Shown: positions 46,255-47,889 of the stretch, piece by piece
Layout: each line of letters begins with the position of its first letter
How positions within the stretch are numbered: the stretch's first letter is position 1
Virus record (IMG/VR): IMGVR_UViG_3300037419_000284
Span: 1 to 47,889 of that record
Length of the DNA: 47,889 nucleotides
Strand: one strand, 5' to 3'
Origin: a virus
Taxonomy: Duplodnaviria > Caudoviricetes
The notes under the pieces: model-generated
Told to the model about the DNA's origin: nothing
Database searches by the model: none
The model's input: the letters and a program-made list of their open reading frames with translations, nothing else
Made by a program: the position numbers and the translations under genes

Positions 46255-46328
46255 GAGGGCTTAGTTTACTGGTAGAACAGCGGTCTCCAAAACCGTTAGA
46301 GTGGGTTCGATTCCTACAGCCTTTGCCA
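46255..46328 (+). tRNA. tRNA-Trp(CCA)
   Basis: Loop CT-CCA-AA, G73, CCA encoded. Confidence 0.92.
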
Positions 46329-46360
46329 ACGTGATTTTCATAATACTACTCCCTTTTTTG

Positions 46361-46388
46361 CTAGTCTTTATAGACTAGTATTTTTTTT
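46361..46388 (+). terminator. Terminator of the tRNA array
   Basis: CTAGTCT-TTAT-AGACTAG followed by TA and T8. Confidence 0.8.
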
Positions 46389-46410
46389 GCATTTTTTTCT
46401 TAGTTTGTCC

Positions 46411-46440
46411 TTGACTTTACCCTATTCTACCATTTATAAT
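46411..46440 (+). promoter_or_regulatory. sigmaA-type promoter
   Basis: TTGACT-18 nt-TATAAT. Confidence 0.75.
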
Positions 46441-46470
46441 ACAAATATAAGATAACGAGGAGATGATAAA

Positions 46471-47055
46471 ATGAAAAACTTAACGAATCACTTTAACGAA
46501 CGTTGGGTACAACGTATCGTAGGTATTACCACTGAAAGAGAAATCAAAGATTACATCAGCAAGAATAAGCAAATGATTTCTGAACATGCAAATGAAACTA
46601 TTGAACGAGCCGAGTTCCTGTGGAAAGGACAAATCGGAGACAATGTGACACGAAACTACTATATTAAAGATGATATTATCCTCATTACTAACACTGGTGA
46701 TGATGCCTTAATTACAGTTTACAAGATTGATTTTGGATTCCCCGAAGATGTAAACAAAATGGCTCGTAGACGTTTAACTGATGAAGTTAAGAAACTTACA
46801 TTAAGTAAGATTGATTTAGAACTTCAAGTAATGGAGCAAGTCGATAAGGCTTACCACGAGGCAGATATTTTAGAAGAACAAATTAAACTTCTAAAAGAAC
46901 AGATTGATAACCTTGAAAAGCAACGAGCATTTAAGAAAGACGAGGCTAAGATGTTACAATCTAAATCTCTTAATACTGGCTTAGAGTTAAAGCGTTACAC
47001 TATGATGCTAGTGAACTCACAAGAGTATAAAGAGGACTTAAGGAGTATCCGTTAA
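46471..47055 (+). CDS. DUF4258/RelE-like N-terminal domain plus coiled coil
   Basis: LTNHFNERWVQRI..ALITVY then a long heptad region. Confidence 0.5.
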   Translation: MKNLTNHFNERWVQRIVGITTEREIKDYISKNKQMISEHANETIERAEFLWKGQIGDNVTRNYYIKDDIILITNTGDDALITVYKIDFGFPEDVNKMARRRLTDEVKKLTLSKIDLELQVMEQVDKAYHEADILEEQIKLLKEQIDNLEKQRAFKKDEAKMLQSKSLNTGLELKRYTMMLVNSQEYKEDLRSIR

Positions 47056-47426
47056 TGATACGCATTATCATAGCAGGTGGTCGTGACTTCAACAATTACG
47101 ACTACCTACGAGATAAGGTAAGTGACTTTATTCTCATGGAGTTACCGCCCGAACTATGGAGTCAGGTTGAAATAGTATCAGGTGGAGCAAACGGAGCAGA
47201 CAAATTAGGTGAGAGATATGCTAGAGATGCTGATTGTAAGCTAACTAGATTCATACCTGATTGGAAAACGCATGGTAAGAAGGCAGGAATACTTCGTAAT
47301 CATGAAATGGGTGACTACTCTGATGTACTTATCGCATTTTGGAACGGTACATCAACAGGCACTAAGGATATGATTGACTATGCAACTAAAATCGGATTGT
47401 TAGTAGAGGTGTTTTTATATGAGTAA
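47055..47426 (+). CDS. SLOG-family (DUF2493/YspA-like) protein
   Basis: IIIAGGRDF, IVSGGANGAD, AGILRN.EM, IAFWNG.STGT. Confidence 0.85.
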   Translation: MIRIIIAGGRDFNNYDYLRDKVSDFILMELPPELWSQVEIVSGGANGADKLGERYARDADCKLTRFIPDWKTHGKKAGILRNHEMGDYSDVLIAFWNGTSTGTKDMIDYATKIGLLVEVFLYE

Positions 47427-47823
47427 GCCCGCATTTATTGTAGAAGGTCATAGTGATGCTAAACAGATTGTAGGTGCTTTACATGATTGCGGAGTGCCTT
47501 TTAAAATCATTGTGACAGACGGAACTAAGATGAACAACAGAAATATTATGAACATTGATTTAGCTATCTACGATGGTTACACACCATATATCTTATCTGA
47601 CCCTGACGAGGCAGGAGACCATCTAGCTGAAATGGTACATAATTATTTTCCTGACATTGAAAGAATTGATGCTGATTATGAACAGTGTAAATACTGCAAG
47701 GACTTAAGAAAGAAGAAGTTCAAAGCAGGTATCGAGTATGCAAACTATAAGTACTTAAAGAAGTTGTTATATCCATACTTAGGATTAACCTATGTTGAAG
47801 ATAGAAACATAAATTGGTGGTGA
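47419..47823 (+). CDS. Toprim-domain protein, RNase M5-like
   Basis: FIVEG.SD and ILSDPDEAGD toprim motifs; GIEYA in the C-terminal part. Confidence 0.7.
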   Translation: MSKPAFIVEGHSDAKQIVGALHDCGVPFKIIVTDGTKMNNRNIMNIDLAIYDGYTPYILSDPDEAGDHLAEMVHNYFPDIERIDADYEQCKYCKDLRKKKFKAGIEYANYKYLKKLLYPYLGLTYVEDRNINWW

Positions 47824-47827
47824 TAAG

Positions 47828-47889
47828 ATGATAAAATTTGCAATACTATTTGTTTTCTTCTATATACTTATTCCACTTGGAATATCATT
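47828..47889 (+). CDS. Partial hydrophobic ORF at the window end
   Basis: MIKFAILFVFFYILIPLGIS runs off the window. Confidence 0.4.
   Translation, partial: MIKFAILFVFFYILIPLGIS

Overview
A 47.9-kb, AT-rich segment of a large tailed phage, most likely a long-tailed siphovirus of a Bacillus-like host (inferred from sigmaA-type promoters, strong GGAGG RBSs and Bacillus-type domains). 1-28.9 kb (- strand) is the morphogenesis operon: terminase subunits, portal fused to a head-morphogenesis domain, protease/scaffold, capsid, Ig-like proteins, head-tail connectors, major tail protein, tail chaperone locus, a 3418-aa tape measure with peptidoglycan hydrolase domains, and tail-tip genes. 29-31.9 kb holds a XerC/D-like recombinase, a sigma factor and an S1-domain protein. 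32-39 kb (+ strand) is an accessory region with an Apyc1-like anti-Pycsar nuclease, an unannotated 45-aa MazE-like antitoxin mimic, a ~390-nt structured intergenic RNA with group I-like core features, and three tandem ACAGCAA-motif RNA units (one a tRNA mimic) directly upstream of a DUF2828/TROVE-like vWA protein. A displaced fibre/GH25 cassette and 25 tRNA genes covering all 20 amino acids follow. Best candidates for undescribed systems: (1) the ACAGCAA RNA array plus its Ro60-like protein; (2) a tail-chaperone gene split by a structured ~250-nt insert that a simple frameshift cannot cross, possibly removed in trans by the free-standing group I-like RNA; (3) anti-RBS small RNAs embedded in the tRNA array. 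All RNA structures and family calls were made by eye or from remembered motifs; no searches were run.
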